Shown here in pieces: positions 20,469 to 31,544 of a stretch of DNA of 62,988 nt. Location of the stretch: the NCBI GenBank assembly GCA_050740235.1, contig JBOIDB010000068.1, positions 1 to 62,988 on the forward strand. The letters run 5' to 3'. The stretch's first letter is position 1, and every line of letters begins with the position of its first letter. The translations under genes were made by a program, and so were the position numbers. The notes beneath the pieces are model-generated. The model was not told the DNA's origin and did no database searches. It saw nothing but the letters and a program-made list of their open reading frames with translations. Source of the DNA: Gammaproteobacteria bacterium. GTDB lineage: Bacteria > Pseudomonadota > Gammaproteobacteria > Steroidobacterales > JACDCP01.

Positions 20469-21892
20469 GGCTTCGCGCGGTTGTTGGTCTTGAAACGGGA
20501 CAGCGCCAGAGGCAGCTCGGCGGCCATCGCGCCGATGCTGCCTGCGCCCATGGTCACGACGAGGTCGCCGGCGCGCAGAATGCTCGCGAGCGCGCCCGGC
20601 AGATTGCCGACCTCCTGGACGAACACCGGCTCGATGCGGCCGCGCGTGCGCACCGCGCGCGCGATGGCGCGGCCGTCGGCGCCGGCGATCGGCGCTTCGC
20701 CGGCCGAATAGACTTCGGTCAGCACCAGCGCGTCGGCAGTGCTTAAGGTCCGCGCGAAATCGTCCAGCAATTCGCGCGTGCGCGTGTAGCGATGCGGCTG
20801 GAAGACGAGCACCAGCCGCCGCCCCGGCCAGCTCGCCCGCAGGCCTTCGAGCGTCGCCGCGATCTCGGTCGGATGGTGGCCGTAGTCGTCGATGAACAGC
20901 ACGTCGCCGGCCGCGGTCGCGACCTCGCCCAGCACCTGGCAGCGCCGGTCGATGCCGTCGAACCGGGCGAGCGCGCGCTGCACCGCCGCCTCTTCGATCT
21001 CGAGCTCCTGCGCGACGGCGATCGCCGCCAGCGCATTGAGCACGTTGTGCGCACCGGGCAGGTTGAGCGTTACGGGCAAGGCGCGCTCATGACCCGGGCG
21101 CAGCACATCGAAGGTTGTCGACATGCCACGCCGCGCGACATTGATCGCGCGCACGTCGGCGCTCTCGGCGAAGCCGTACGTAACGATCGAACGCGCGACG
21201 TCGGACAGGATCGCGCGCACCCCCGGATCGTCGACGCAGAGCACCGCCAGCCCGTAGAACGGCAGGTTGTGCAGAAAGTCGACGAAGCTGTGCTCGAGGG
21301 AGCCGAGGTCGCCGCCGTAGGCCGTCAGGTGATCCGCATCGATGTTCGTCACCACGGCGAGCATCGGCTGGAAGTGCATGAACGAGGCGTCGCTTTCGTC
21401 CGCCTCGGCAACGAGGTAGCGCCCGGCCCCGAGCCGCGCGCTCGAGCCCGCGCTCTTCAGCCGCCCGCCGATGACGAAAGTCGGGTCCTGCCCGCCCTCG
21501 GCGAGCACGCTGGCGATCAGGCTGGTCGTCGTGGTCTTGCCATGCGTCCCGGCGACGGCGATCGAGAAGCGGAAGCGCATGAGCTCGGCGAGCATTTCCG
21601 CGCGCTGCACGACCGGCACGCGGCGCTCGTTTGCGGCGGCCACTTCGACGTTGTCCTCGGTCACGGCGCTCGACACGACCACGACATCCGCCTCGTCGAT
21701 GTGGCGGGGATCGTGCCCGATCATCACCCGCGCGCCGAGTGATTCGAGCCGGCGCGTGACCTCGCTCGCGCGCAGGTCCGAGCCCTGCACCGCGTAGCCG
21801 AGATTGAGCAGCACCTCGGCGATGCCGCTCATGCCCGCACCGCCGATGCCGACGAAGTGGATGCAATGGATGCGGCGCATGCGATCGTTCAT
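20465..21892 (-). CDS. murC: UDP-N-acetylmuramate--L-alanine ligase MurC
   Basis: [48 protein letters not shown]. Confidence 0.98.
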   Translation of the reverse strand: MNDRMRRIHCIHFVGIGGAGMSGIAEVLLNLGYAVQGSDLRASEVTRRLESLGARVMIGHDPRHIDEADVVVVSSAVTEDNVEVAAANERRVPVVQRAEMLAELMRFRFSIAVAGTHGKTTTTSLIASVLAEGGQDPTFVIGGRLKSAGSSARLGAGRYLVAEADESDASFMHFQPMLAVVTNIDADHLTAYGGDLGSLEHSFVDFLHNLPFYGLAVLCVDDPGVRAILSDVARSIVTYGFAESADVRAINVARRGMSTTFDVLRPGHERALPVTLNLPGAHNVLNALAAIAVAQELEIEEAAVQRALARFDGIDRRCQVLGEVATAAGDVLFIDDYGHHPTEIAATLEGLRASWPGRRLVLVFQPHRYTRTRELLDDFARTLSTADALVLTEVYSAGEAPIAGADGRAIARAVRTRGRIEPVFVQEVGNLPGALASILRAGDLVVTMGAGSIGAMAAELPLALSRFKTNNRAKP

Positions 21893-22992
21893 GCCGCAGC
21901 CCTTTCCGCCTGCGCGCGCGCCGCCCGCAGGCAGGTTTCCGCGACCTGCTCCGCAGCGTCCGGCATCGCCTGTGCGCGCGCCGCGCGCGCCATGTCGAGC
22001 AGACGCGCGCGATTCCCGAGCAGCTGGCCCAGCTCGCGGGCCAACCGTTCGGCGGTCAGCTCCGGCTCGGGCACGAGCACGGCGGCGCCGACACCGACGA
22101 GGTGACCGGCGTTGCGCGTCTGGTGATCGTCGACGGCAGCCGGAAACGGCACGAAGACAGCGCCGAGCCCAACATTGGCGAGCTCGGACACCGTCAGCGC
22201 GCCCGCCCGGCAAACCACCAGGTCCGCCCAGGCATAAGCTGCCGCCATGTCGTCGATGAACGCATCCAGGCGCGCTTCGATTTCGGCCGCGCGGTAGGCC
22301 TGCTCGGCTGCGTTCAGCGTGCCCGGCCCGGCCTGGTGCCAGACCTCGGGACGCACGCGCAGCGGCAGCCGGAACAAGGCCTCGGGCACGACCTGATTCA
22401 GGCGCAGCGCGCCCTGGCTGCCGCCGAGCACGAGCAGCCGGGCGGGGCCGTCGCGTCTCGCCAGGCGGATGTCCGGCGGCGCGAGCGCGCTGATCTCGCG
22501 GCGCACCGGGTTGCCGACATGCCGCGCGCCGGCAGCGGCGTCGAAGCTGCCCGGAAACGCTTCGAGCACGACCCTCGCGACTCGCGCGAGCAGGCGGTTG
22601 GTCATGCCCGGGACGGTGTTCTGCTCATGGATGATGAGCGGCCGGCGCAGCAGCCAGGCCGCCAGACCGCCGGGACCCGATACGAATCCGCCCATGCCCA
22701 GCACTGCCGACGGCTGAAGCCGGCGCAGCACGCACACCGATTGCCAGAGGGCCCGGATGAGCGCAACCGGCGCGACGAGGACCGTCGTCAGGCCTTTGCC
22801 GCGAAGCCCGCCTATGTTGATCCACTCGATCGGGATGCCGGCCGGCGGCACGAGGCGCGCCTCGAGCCCTCGACGCGTGCCGAGCCAGACGACCTCGACC
22901 TCGCGCGCCAGCAGCGCCTGCGCCACGGCCATCGCCGGGAACACGTGCCCGCCCGTGCCGCCGGCCATGATGAGGATCGGGCCGTCGCTCAT
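21889..22992 (-). CDS. murG: Undecaprenyl-PP-MurNAc-pentapeptide GlcNAc transferase MurG
   Basis: [46 protein letters not shown]. Confidence 0.98.
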   Translation of the reverse strand: MSDGPILIMAGGTGGHVFPAMAVAQALLAREVEVVWLGTRRGLEARLVPPAGIPIEWINIGGLRGKGLTTVLVAPVALIRALWQSVCVLRRLQPSAVLGMGGFVSGPGGLAAWLLRRPLIIHEQNTVPGMTNRLLARVARVVLEAFPGSFDAAAGARHVGNPVRREISALAPPDIRLARRDGPARLLVLGGSQGALRLNQVVPEALFRLPLRVRPEVWHQAGPGTLNAAEQAYRAAEIEARLDAFIDDMAAAYAWADLVVCRAGALTVSELANVGLGAVFVPFPAAVDDHQTRNAGHLVGVGAAVLVPEPELTAERLARELGQLLGNRARLLDMARAARAQAMPDAAEQVAETCLRAARAQAERAAA

Positions 22993-24161
22993 TTGTGCCG
23001 CCCCGCATCGTTGCGCCGCGGGCCGGCCGCCTTCAACGCCGTGGTCTCGTGATGTATGCGCAACAGGAGCCCGACGGCCACGCAGGTCACGAGCAGGCTC
23101 GAGCCGCCGTAGCTCAGCAGCGGCAGCGTCAGGCCCTTGGTCGGCAGGAGCCCCATGTTCACGCCGATATTGATGGCGGCCTGCAAACCGAGCAGCGAGG
23201 CGATAGCGAATGCCATGCAGGCCTGGAACGGACGCTCCAGCCGCGCCGCGCGCTCGGCGATCCAGAAAGCGCGGCCGACCAGCATCGCGAACAGGCCGAT
23301 GGTGACGGTGACCCCGAGCAGGCCGAACTCTTCGGCGAGCACCGCGAACAGGAAATCGGTGTGCGCTTCGGGAAGGTAGAACAGCTTCTGCACGCTGCTG
23401 CCGAGACCCACGCCGAGCCATTCGCCCCGGCCGATCGCGATCAGCGATTGCGTGAGCTGAAAGCCCGTGTTGTACGGATCGGCCCAGGGGTCGAGGAAAG
23501 AGGTCAGCCGCTTCATGCGATAGGCCGAAGTCACGGCCAGCGCGCCGAAGGCGAGCAGCGCCATGACGAACAGCAGGCAGAAATCCCTGAGCCGCACGCC
23601 GCCGACCAGCAGCACGCCCAGCGATGCGGCGAGCAGCACCGTCGCCGCGCCGAAATCGGGCTCGGCCAGCAGCAGCCCGCAGGCGAGGATGACGACCAGC
23701 AGCGGCTTCAGGAATCCGGTGAAGCTCTGCGACAGCGAGTCGCGCTGGCGGACCACGTAGCCGCAGAGATACATGAGGATCAACAGACGCGCCGGCTCCG
23801 ACACCTGCAGATTGGCCACGCCCAGCGATACCCAGCGCGTGCTGCCGTTGACCGTGTGGCCGACTCCCGGCACGAGCACGAGTGTGAGCAACGCGAAAGC
23901 CGCCGCGAGCAGCAGCGGCCCCGTGTGCTCCCAGATCACGGTCGGCACCGAATAGGCCGCGTACGCCGCGAGGAGACCGATGGCTGCGTATGCGAGCTGG
24001 CGCAACACATAATAGAAAGGCGCGCCGATCTCGTTGTCCGCGATCGACATCGAGGCCGAGGCGACCATGACGATACCGATCAGCAACAGCACGACGGCCG
24101 TGCCGGCGATCCAGGGATCCGGCGCGCGCGACTGGCGCCTTTCGAGCACCGCGGCGCTCAC
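22989..24161 (-). CDS. ftsW: SEDS peptidoglycan polymerase FtsW
   Basis: GTG start overlapping the murD stop; QVSEPAR, EPDFG, PEAHTDF, PTKGLTLP..SYGGSS. Confidence 0.96.
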   Translation of the reverse strand: MSAAVLERRQSRAPDPWIAGTAVVLLLIGIVMVASASMSIADNEIGAPFYYVLRQLAYAAIGLLAAYAAYSVPTVIWEHTGPLLLAAAFALLTLVLVPGVGHTVNGSTRWVSLGVANLQVSEPARLLILMYLCGYVVRQRDSLSQSFTGFLKPLLVVILACGLLLAEPDFGAATVLLAASLGVLLVGGVRLRDFCLLFVMALLAFGALAVTSAYRMKRLTSFLDPWADPYNTGFQLTQSLIAIGRGEWLGVGLGSSVQKLFYLPEAHTDFLFAVLAEEFGLLGVTVTIGLFAMLVGRAFWIAERAARLERPFQACMAFAIASLLGLQAAINIGVNMGLLPTKGLTLPLLSYGGSSLLVTCVAVGLLLRIHHETTALKAAGPRRNDAGRHK

Positions 24162-25531
24162 GGCGTCGGCTCCAGGGCCCGCACGGCCGCGGCAAAGGCC
24201 GCGCCGCGCGCGCGGTAATCCTCGAACATGTCCTGGCTCGCGCAAGCCGGCGAAAGCAGGACCAGATCCCCGGCGCGGGCGATGCGCGAAGCTTCGCGCA
24301 CTGCATCGACCATGTCGTTCGCGCGCACGATCGGACAGACGCCGTCCAGCGCGTCGGCGAGGCGCGGCGCATCGCGGCCGATGAGCACGGCAGCCCGCGC
24401 GTGCCCTTCGAGCGCGACGGCCAGCGGCGCGAAATCGGCGCCCTTGGCCAGCCCGCCCGCGATCAGCACGATCGGTTGCGCGAAGCCGCGCACGGCAGTG
24501 ACCGTCGCGCCGACGTTGGTGCCTTTCGAGTCGTCCACGTACGTAACGCCGGCGATTTCCCCTACGCGCTCGCAGCGATGCGGCAGCCCGCGGAAGCTCG
24601 CCAGCGCGGGCAGGACTGCGTCGGGCGCGCAACCGGCTGCTTCGACGAGCGCAAGCGCGGCGAGCGCATTGGCCTGGTTGTGCGTGCCCGCGAGCGCCAG
24701 CGCTCCGGCCGGCAGCAGGCGTTCATCGCCGCGCGCGAGGTGCCGCACGCCCTGCGCGTCCTCGAGGATGCCGTACTGCCCGGCCGCGGGCGCGTCGAGG
24801 CCGAAGCTGATGCGCGCGGCAGAGAGCCCCGACAGGCCGATCGGCTGGTCGCGATTGACGACCGCCACCTCGCAATTGCCGTACACGGTCGCTTTCGCCG
24901 CCGCGTATTCCTCGAGGCTCGCGTAACGGTCGAGGTGATCCGGCGAAATATTCAGCACGACCGCGGCGCGCGCGCGAAGGTCCGAGGTTCGCTCGAGCTG
25001 GAAGCTCGACAGTTCCAGCACGTAGAAGTCGGGTTCGCCGTCTTCGAGGAGCGTGAGCGCGGGCGCGCCGAGATTGCCGCCCGCGCGAACCTGCGCGCCT
25101 GCGCCCGCCAGCATGGCGGCCACCAGGCTCGTCACGGTGCTCTTGCCGTTGGAGCCCGTGACGGCAATCAACGGCGCGCGCGCCTCGTCGAGAAAAAGGT
25201 CGATGTCGCCGATCACGGGCAGGCCGCGCACGATTGCCGCGCGCACGAACGGATCGTCGAGCGGCACGCCCGGCGAGACCACGAGCCGGTCCGCCTCGTC
25301 GAGCAGCGCCAGATCGAACCCGCCCGCGCTGACTCGCGCGTCAGGCAGGAGGTCGCGCAACGCGGGCAGCGCCGGCGGCTGCACGCGGCTGTCGGTCAGC
25401 ATGAGCTCGTCGCCGCGCGCCGCCAGATGGCGCGCGCAGGACAGGCCGGTCGCGCCGATGCCGACGATGAGGGTCCGCCGTTTGCGACGCTGCGGTGAAG
25501 AGTTCTGATTCACGGCTGCAGGCATGCCCAT
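24158..25531 (-). CDS. murD: UDP-MurNAc-L-Ala--D-Glu ligase MurD
   Basis: VTGSNGKSTV, GGNLG, LELSSFQL, DHLDRY, DDSKGTN, SPACASQD. Confidence 0.97.
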   Translation of the reverse strand: MGMPAAVNQNSSPQRRKRRTLIVGIGATGLSCARHLAARGDELMLTDSRVQPPALPALRDLLPDARVSAGGFDLALLDEADRLVVSPGVPLDDPFVRAAIVRGLPVIGDIDLFLDEARAPLIAVTGSNGKSTVTSLVAAMLAGAGAQVRAGGNLGAPALTLLEDGEPDFYVLELSSFQLERTSDLRARAAVVLNISPDHLDRYASLEEYAAAKATVYGNCEVAVVNRDQPIGLSGLSAARISFGLDAPAAGQYGILEDAQGVRHLARGDERLLPAGALALAGTHNQANALAALALVEAAGCAPDAVLPALASFRGLPHRCERVGEIAGVTYVDDSKGTNVGATVTAVRGFAQPIVLIAGGLAKGADFAPLAVALEGHARAAVLIGRDAPRLADALDGVCPIVRANDMVDAVREASRIARAGDLVLLSPACASQDMFEDYRARGAAFAAAVRALEPTP

Positions 25532-26616
25532 CAGCGGATTTTCAGGCTCGCGAGCCCGACCAGCACGAGGATCACGGTGATGATCCAGAAGCGCACGATG
25601 ACTTTCGGCTCGGCCCAGCCTTTGAGCTCGAAGTGATGGTGCAGCGGCGCCATGCGGAAGATGCGCCGGCCGGTGAGCTTGAACGAGCTGACCTGCAGGA
25701 TCACCGAGACCGTTTCCATGACGAAGACGCCGCCCATGATCATGAGCACGATCTCCTGGCGCGTGATCACGGCCACGGCGCCGAGCGCGGCGCCGATCGC
25801 GAGCGCGCCGACGTCGCCCATGAAAACCTGTGCGGGATAGGTGTTGAACCAGAGGAAGCCGAGGCCCGCGCCGGCAAGGCTCGCGCAGAACACGAGCATT
25901 TCCCCCACGCCGGCGACATAGGGAATGCCCAGATAGCCGGCGAAATTGACGTTGCCCGTGACGTAGGCGATGACGCCGAGGCCGATGCCGACCAGCACGG
26001 CGGGCATGATCGCCAGGCCGTCGAGGCCGTCGGTCAGGTTGACGGCGTTGCTCGTGCCGACGATCACGAAGCCGGCGAAGAAGATGTAGAACGTGCCGAG
26101 CGGGATCAGCAGATCCTTGAAGTACGGAATCAGCAGCGCGGTTTCCAGCGCCGGATTCTCGGCGCTGAAATAGAGCGCGACGGCCGCGCCCAGCGCGCCG
26201 AGCGACTGCCAGAAGATCTTTGCGCGCGCCGAAAGGCCCGCGCTGTCGCGCAGGATCAGCTTCTTGTAATCGTCGACGAAGCCGACCAGGCCGAACACGG
26301 CCATGACGCCGAGCACGATCCAGACGAACCGGTTCTCCAGGCTCGCCCAGAGCAGCGTGCTGACGCCGACGGCCACGAGGATCAGCGCGCCGCCCATCGT
26401 GGGCGTGCCAGCCTTGAGCAGATGCGTCTCCGGTCCGTCGCGGCGAATGCTCTGGCCGATCTGGCGGACGCTGAGGCGCCGGATCATGGCCGGCCCGATC
26501 AGGAACGAGATCACCAGCGCCGTCAGCGCGCCGAGGATCGCGCGCATGGTCAGATAACCGAACACGTTGAAGCCGGATTCGAAACGCGTCAGGTACTCGG
26601 TGACGTACAGCAGCAT
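25531..26616 (-). CDS. mraY: Phospho-MurNAc-pentapeptide transferase MraY
   Basis: [41 protein letters not shown]. Confidence 0.98.
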   Translation of the reverse strand: MLLYVTEYLTRFESGFNVFGYLTMRAILGALTALVISFLIGPAMIRRLSVRQIGQSIRRDGPETHLLKAGTPTMGGALILVAVGVSTLLWASLENRFVWIVLGVMAVFGLVGFVDDYKKLILRDSAGLSARAKIFWQSLGALGAAVALYFSAENPALETALLIPYFKDLLIPLGTFYIFFAGFVIVGTSNAVNLTDGLDGLAIMPAVLVGIGLGVIAYVTGNVNFAGYLGIPYVAGVGEMLVFCASLAGAGLGFLWFNTYPAQVFMGDVGALAIGAALGAVAVITRQEIVLMIMGGVFVMETVSVILQVSSFKLTGRRIFRMAPLHHHFELKGWAEPKVIVRFWIITVILVLVGLASLKIR

Positions 26617-27995
26617 CACCGCACGCCCTCGCGCTTGTCCGCGTCGCCGATGAGCGCGTCGACCACGCGCTCGAGCCGCATGCCGCGCGATGCTTTCACG
26701 AGCACGTTGACGCCGGCATCGAGCTCAGGGCGCAGCCTGGCGATCAGCTCGTCCACGCCGGAGAACCAGTCGGCGCTCCTGCCGAAAGCCTGCGCGGCAT
26801 ATCGGCTCCACGGACCGACCGCATAGAGACGCTCGACGCCGAGCCGCCTGGCGAGGGCGCCGATGTCGGCGTGCAGCGCTTCCGATTCCGCGCCCAGCTC
26901 GCGCATGTCGCCGAGCACGAGCCACGGCCGGCCGTCGAGCCCGGTCAGCAGCTCGAGCGCGGCCGCCAGCGAGAGCGGGTTCGCATTATAGGTATCGTCG
27001 ATGACGCGCGCACCGCTCGGACTGCGTCGAAACTGCAGCCGTCCCGGCGCCGCGTGAATGCCGGCGAGGCCCTCCTCGATGGCCGCCGGCTTCGCGCCCG
27101 CGGCCCAGGCCGCGGCGGCAGCAGCGACGGCATTGGCTATGTTGTGGCGCCCGGCGAGCGGCAGCTCGATGCGGCGCTGCACGTCGGGCAGGTGCAGGTC
27201 GAACGCCATCACCGGACCGGACGACGCGATGCGCTGCTCGATCGCATCGGCGTGCACGTCCGCATCGCGCATGAGCCCGAACGTCACGACGTTTCTCGAA
27301 CCGGCCATCTCGCGCCAGAACGCGGAGAAGCGGTCGTCGGCGTTGATGACGGCCGTGCCGTTCGCCGGCAGACCGGCGAACAGCTCGCCTTTCGCGCGCG
27401 CGACGCCTTCGATGCTGCCGAATCCTTCCAGATGCGCCGCCGCGGCATTCGTGACGAGACCGATGCCCGGCATCGCTATGCGTGCCAGATAAGCGATCTC
27501 GCCGGCGTGATTCGCGCCCATCTCGACGACTGCCGCGCGATGGCTCGAGTCCAGCCCGAGCAAGGTCAACGGCAATCCGATCTCGTTGTTCAGGTTGCCG
27601 CGTGTGGCGAGCGTCGGGCCGGACCTTCCGAGGATTGCGCCCAGCATGCCTTTGACGGTGGTCTTGCCGTTGCTCCCCGTCACCGCAACAACCGGAATGT
27701 CGAATCGCGCACGCCACGCTTGCGCCAGCCGGCCGAGCGCCGCACGCGTGTCGCTCACTTCCACCTGCGTCAGCTCGCACTGCTGGAACCGGCTGACGAT
27801 CGCGCCGGCGGCGCCGCGCCGCGCCGCTTCCTCGACGAACGCGTTGCCGTCGAACGAAGGGCCCTGGAGCGCAACGAACAGCGCATCGCGCTCGAGCGCG
27901 CGTGTGTCGGTGGATACGGCGTTGTACGGCCGATCGGCGCCGATGAGACGTCCATCGACCTGCATCGCGGCCTCGGCCAGGGTGCCCGTGCTCAT
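26616..27995 (-). CDS. murF: UDP-MurNAc-tripeptide--D-Ala-D-Ala ligase MurF
   Basis: [52 protein letters not shown]. Confidence 0.97.
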   Translation of the reverse strand: MSTGTLAEAAMQVDGRLIGADRPYNAVSTDTRALERDALFVALQGPSFDGNAFVEEAARRGAAGAIVSRFQQCELTQVEVSDTRAALGRLAQAWRARFDIPVVAVTGSNGKTTVKGMLGAILGRSGPTLATRGNLNNEIGLPLTLLGLDSSHRAAVVEMGANHAGEIAYLARIAMPGIGLVTNAAAAHLEGFGSIEGVARAKGELFAGLPANGTAVINADDRFSAFWREMAGSRNVVTFGLMRDADVHADAIEQRIASSGPVMAFDLHLPDVQRRIELPLAGRHNIANAVAAAAAAWAAGAKPAAIEEGLAGIHAAPGRLQFRRSPSGARVIDDTYNANPLSLAAALELLTGLDGRPWLVLGDMRELGAESEALHADIGALARRLGVERLYAVGPWSRYAAQAFGRSADWFSGVDELIARLRPELDAGVNVLVKASRGMRLERVVDALIGDADKREGVR

Positions 27996-29560
27996 GAAAC
28001 CGGCCCTGCAAGTCGCGCGACGACTTCGCGATCGCTGAAGGCGCGGCGCTCGTCGCCCACGAGTTGATAGTCCTCGTGCCCCTTGCCGGCGACGAGCACC
28101 ACATCCTCCGGCTGCGCCGAAGCCAGCGCGACGGCGATCGCCGCCTCGCGATCGCGCTCGACGGTCACCGCCGCCGGATTGGCCATGCCCGACTGGATGT
28201 CGCGTACGATGCGCTCGGCATCCTCGCCGCGCGGGTTGTCGTCGGTGATGACGACGCGGTCGGCGTGCTGCTCGGCGATCTCGCCCATGAGTCCCCGCTT
28301 GCCGCGATCGCGCTCGCCGCCGCAACCGAACACGCACCAGAGTTGCCCGGCGCAAATCGAGCGCGAGGCTTCGAGCGCGCGCGCGAGTGCGGCCGGCGTG
28401 TGCGCAAAATCGACGATCGCCAGCGGCCGGTCGCCGCCGCCGAAACGTTCCATGCGACCGGGCGCGGCACTCGCGCCGGCCAGCCCGGCCAGCGCCTCGT
28501 CGAGCGGCAGGTCCCAGATCAGCAGCACGGCGAGCGCCAGCAAGAGGTTTTCCGCATTGAACTCGCCGATCAGGGCGGAGCACAGCGTGCCGGCGCCCCA
28601 GCTGCCGGTGAAACGAATTTGCACCCCGCGCGCATCCGAGCGCGTAAGCCGCCCGTGCAGGACGCGCGCTGCGCCTCTTTCGACCGCCCGACGCGCCGCG
28701 CCGGCCTTACGTACCCTTTCCCCTCCTTCGCGGCGAGGGGACAGGGGCTCCAGTGCTACAACGACCGGGCTCAGCCGGCCGCCGAGGCGCTCGAGCAGCT
28801 CGCGGCCGAACGCGTCACCGGCATTGATCACCGCGCGCTCGGTGTCGCAATGTGTGAACAGGCGCGCCTTGGCGGCACCGTAGGAGGACCGGTCGCCGTG
28901 ATAATCGAGATGATCGCGGCTCAGGTTCGTGAACACGGCTGCCTCGAAATGCACGCCGCCAACACGGCCCTGGTCGAGCGCGTGCGAGGAGACTTCCATC
29001 GCCGCGTACCGAACGCCGTTCTCGTCGAGCCCGGCCAGCCGGCGCTGCAACGTCACGGCGTCGGCGGTCGTGAGCGCCGTTCGCTGCAACGAATCCGGCC
29101 GGCCGAAGCCGAGCGTGCCGAGGAAGCCGCAGGGGCGGCCGCGACGCTCGAGCGAAGTCGCGATGAGATGCGCGCAGGTGCTCTTGCCGTTCGTGCCGGT
29201 AACGCCCGCGATCCGCATGCGCTGCGACGGCGCGCCGAAGAAGCGGCTGGCGATCTCGCCCGCGTGCCGGCCGAGCCCGTCGACGGGAATGCTGGCCACA
29301 TGGTCCGGCACGCCCGGTGCGGTTACGCCCGCGGCCGGTTCCCAGATCACGGCCGCGGCGCCCGCTGCGAGCGCTTCGGCGAGGTGATCAAGACCATGAC
29401 CGCGAAGGCCGGCGCAGGCGAGAAACGCACCGCCCGCCGCGACGCTGCCGCTGTGCGCGCTCAGGTCGGCGATCGGCAAAGCCGGCACGCGTTCCGCCGT
29501 CAACCCGTCCAGCAGGACGGCCAGCGTCGATTGGCCGACTTTGCGCTCGGCGACGTTCAC
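27992..29560 (-). CDS. murE: UDP-MurNAc-L-Ala-D-Glu--meso-DAP ligase MurE (with an in-frame insertion)
   Basis: 522 aa; VTGTNGKST, MEVSSHAL, DHLDYH, DFAHTP, GCGGERD, DDNPR, AGKGHE. Confidence 0.97.
   Translation of the reverse strand: MNVAERKVGQSTLAVLLDGLTAERVPALPIADLSAHSGSVAAGGAFLACAGLRGHGLDHLAEALAAGAAAVIWEPAAGVTAPGVPDHVASIPVDGLGRHAGEIASRFFGAPSQRMRIAGVTGTNGKSTCAHLIATSLERRGRPCGFLGTLGFGRPDSLQRTALTTADAVTLQRRLAGLDENGVRYAAMEVSSHALDQGRVGGVHFEAAVFTNLSRDHLDYHGDRSSYGAAKARLFTHCDTERAVINAGDAFGRELLERLGGRLSPVVVALEPLSPRREGGERVRKAGAARRAVERGAARVLHGRLTRSDARGVQIRFTGSWGAGTLCSALIGEFNAENLLLALAVLLIWDLPLDEALAGLAGASAAPGRMERFGGGDRPLAIVDFAHTPAALARALEASRSICAGQLWCVFGCGGERDRGKRGLMGEIAEQHADRVVITDDNPRGEDAERIVRDIQSGMANPAAVTVERDREAAIAVALASAQPEDVVLVAGKGHEDYQLVGDERRAFSDREVVARLAGPVS
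28714..28746. repeat. Palindromic REP-like element inserted in frame within murE
   Basis: CCCTTTCCCCTC / GAGGGGACAGGG arms (11/12) with a 9-nt loop; encodes PLSPRREGGERV. Confidence 0.55.
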
Positions 29561-31278
29561 TCTGCGAGCGCCTGCACGAGCACGCCGGGCGGCTGCGCCG
29601 GCAATCCGTCCGGCGGCACCGCGAGCAGCCGCAGCGCGTCGGTCATGACCGCCGAGAACACCGGCGCGGCCACATCGCCACCGTAGTATTTGCCACCGCT
29701 CGGCTCGTCTATGACGACGACAGCAGCAAGACGCGGCGCGGAGGCGGGGGCGAGGCCGGCAAAAACGGACGTGTAGCGGTGGCGGGAGTAGCCACCCGCC
29801 TCATGCTTCCACGCCGTGCCGGTCTTGCCGGCGATCCGATACCCCGCGACCGCCGCCTGCGCGCCCGTCCCCTCGTCGCTGACAACCGTCTCCATCATTT
29901 CCACGAGTGCCTGGGCCGTGTCCGTGCTGACGACCCGCTCTCCGCCGGGCGCCTCGTCGATCGCGAGCAGCGACACCGGATGGCGCATGCCATCCGCGCC
30001 GAGCGCGGCATAGGCCTGCGCGAGCTGCAGCGGCGTCACGGAGAGCCCGTAGCCGTACGCCAGCGTCGCCTGGCCGATCGGACGCCAGAGGCTGTAATGC
30101 CTGAGCAGGCCGGCCGACTCGCCCGGAAAGGCGCTCTCGGTCAGGCGGCCGAGGCCGAAGCGGCCGAGCACCTCCCAGAGATACTCCGACTCCAAAGCGA
30201 GCGCGATCTTGCTCGCGCCGACGTTGCTGGACTTCATCAGCACCGTCGTCACGTCGATGACGCCCAGCTTGTGCTTGTCACGCACGGTATTGGCGCCGAT
30301 CCGCAGAAAGCCCGGGCCCGTATCGATCGGCGTATGGGCGCTGAACTTGCCGCTGTCGAGGGCGGCCGCGATGATCAAAGGTTTTAGACTCGAGCCGGGC
30401 TCGAAAATATCCGTCGCTGCGCGGTTTCGATAACGCGCCGCCGAATACTGCGTGCGGTCATTCGGGTTGTAGGACGGCTGATTGACCATCGCCAGCACCT
30501 CGCCGCTGGCCACGTCGAGGACCACGACCGAGCCCGCCCGCGCTCGATTGCGGGTAACGGCGGCTTTCAACTCGCGATAGGCCAGATACTGGATGCGAAG
30601 GTCGAGGCTGGTGGTCAGATCGCGGCCGGGATGCGGCGCGCGTATGCGCTCGACATCCTCGATGGAACGGCCCAGGCGGTCCTTGAGCACCCGCTTGGCT
30701 CCGGACTCGCCCGACAACCAGTGGTCGAACGCCAGCTCGAGGCCTTCCTGGCCGATGTCATCCACGTTCGTGAAGCCGAGAACGTGCCCGGTGACCTCGC
30801 CGGCCGGGTAATAACGGCGATACTCACGCAACAGGTATACGCCCGGCAGGCCGAGGGCCTCGACGCGCGCCGCGTCGTCCGGCCGCATATGCCGGCGCAC
30901 GTAGACGAACTCCCGCTCGAGATGGCCGGCCACCAGCCGCTTGAGCCACTCGGCGTCGGCGCCGAGCGCGTCGGCGAGGCGCGGGATCTGCGCCGGGACG
31001 GCAGCCAGCTCCTGCGGATTGACCCAGACCGAGTCCACCGGCGTGGAAACCGCGAGCGGCTCGCCGTTGCGGTCCGTGATCGTGCCGCGATGCGCCGAGA
31101 TCGGCGCGACTCGCAAATGCCGGGCATCGCCCTGCCCGGCCAGGTAACCGGCTCTCATGACCTGCAGATGCACGGCGCGGGCCATGAGCACGAGGCCGGC
31201 GAGCGCAAACAACGCGAGCAGGAAACGCGCGCGTCCCTGGAATGTCTTTGCCGAAACGGCGGCGGAGCGGGCGATCAC
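29557..31278 (-). CDS. ftsI: Peptidoglycan D,D-transpeptidase FtsI (PBP3)
   Basis: GTG start overlapping the ftsL stop; RGTITDRNG, EPGSSLK (SxxK), KSSN (SxN), GKTGT (KTG). Confidence 0.97.
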   Translation of the reverse strand: MIARSAAVSAKTFQGRARFLLALFALAGLVLMARAVHLQVMRAGYLAGQGDARHLRVAPISAHRGTITDRNGEPLAVSTPVDSVWVNPQELAAVPAQIPRLADALGADAEWLKRLVAGHLEREFVYVRRHMRPDDAARVEALGLPGVYLLREYRRYYPAGEVTGHVLGFTNVDDIGQEGLELAFDHWLSGESGAKRVLKDRLGRSIEDVERIRAPHPGRDLTTSLDLRIQYLAYRELKAAVTRNRARAGSVVVLDVASGEVLAMVNQPSYNPNDRTQYSAARYRNRAATDIFEPGSSLKPLIIAAALDSGKFSAHTPIDTGPGFLRIGANTVRDKHKLGVIDVTTVLMKSSNVGASKIALALESEYLWEVLGRFGLGRLTESAFPGESAGLLRHYSLWRPIGQATLAYGYGLSVTPLQLAQAYAALGADGMRHPVSLLAIDEAPGGERVVSTDTAQALVEMMETVVSDEGTGAQAAVAGYRIAGKTGTAWKHEAGGYSRHRYTSVFAGLAPASAPRLAAVVVIDEPSGGKYYGGDVAAPVFSAVMTDALRLLAVPPDGLPAQPPGVLVQALAE

Positions 31279-31541
31279 GGCTTCACGACCACGACGTCGG
31301 CGGGCGCCGGCGCGGACATCTCGAGCTGCTCGCGCGCGAGCGACTCGACGCGCCCGTGCGTCGACCAGGTGCTCTGCTCGATCTGCAACCGGCCCCACTC
31401 GATGTTCAGCTCGTCGCGCTTCGCTTCGAGGCCCTGCAGCTCGACGAACAGCTTGCGCGCCTCGTGCTTGGCGTACACGCAGGCGATCCCGGAGGCCGCG
31501 AGGGCGAGCCAGAGCGAGATGATGCCGCCGCGCCAGGTCAC
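31275..31541 (-). CDS. ftsL: Cell division protein FtsL
   Basis: 88 aa; TM segment followed by a coiled coil, EWGRLQIEQSTW; between rsmH and ftsI. Confidence 0.92.
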   Translation of the reverse strand: MTWRGGIISLWLALAASGIACVYAKHEARKLFVELQGLEAKRDELNIEWGRLQIEQSTWSTHGRVESLAREQLEMSAPAPADVVVVKP

Positions 31542-31544
31542 GGG

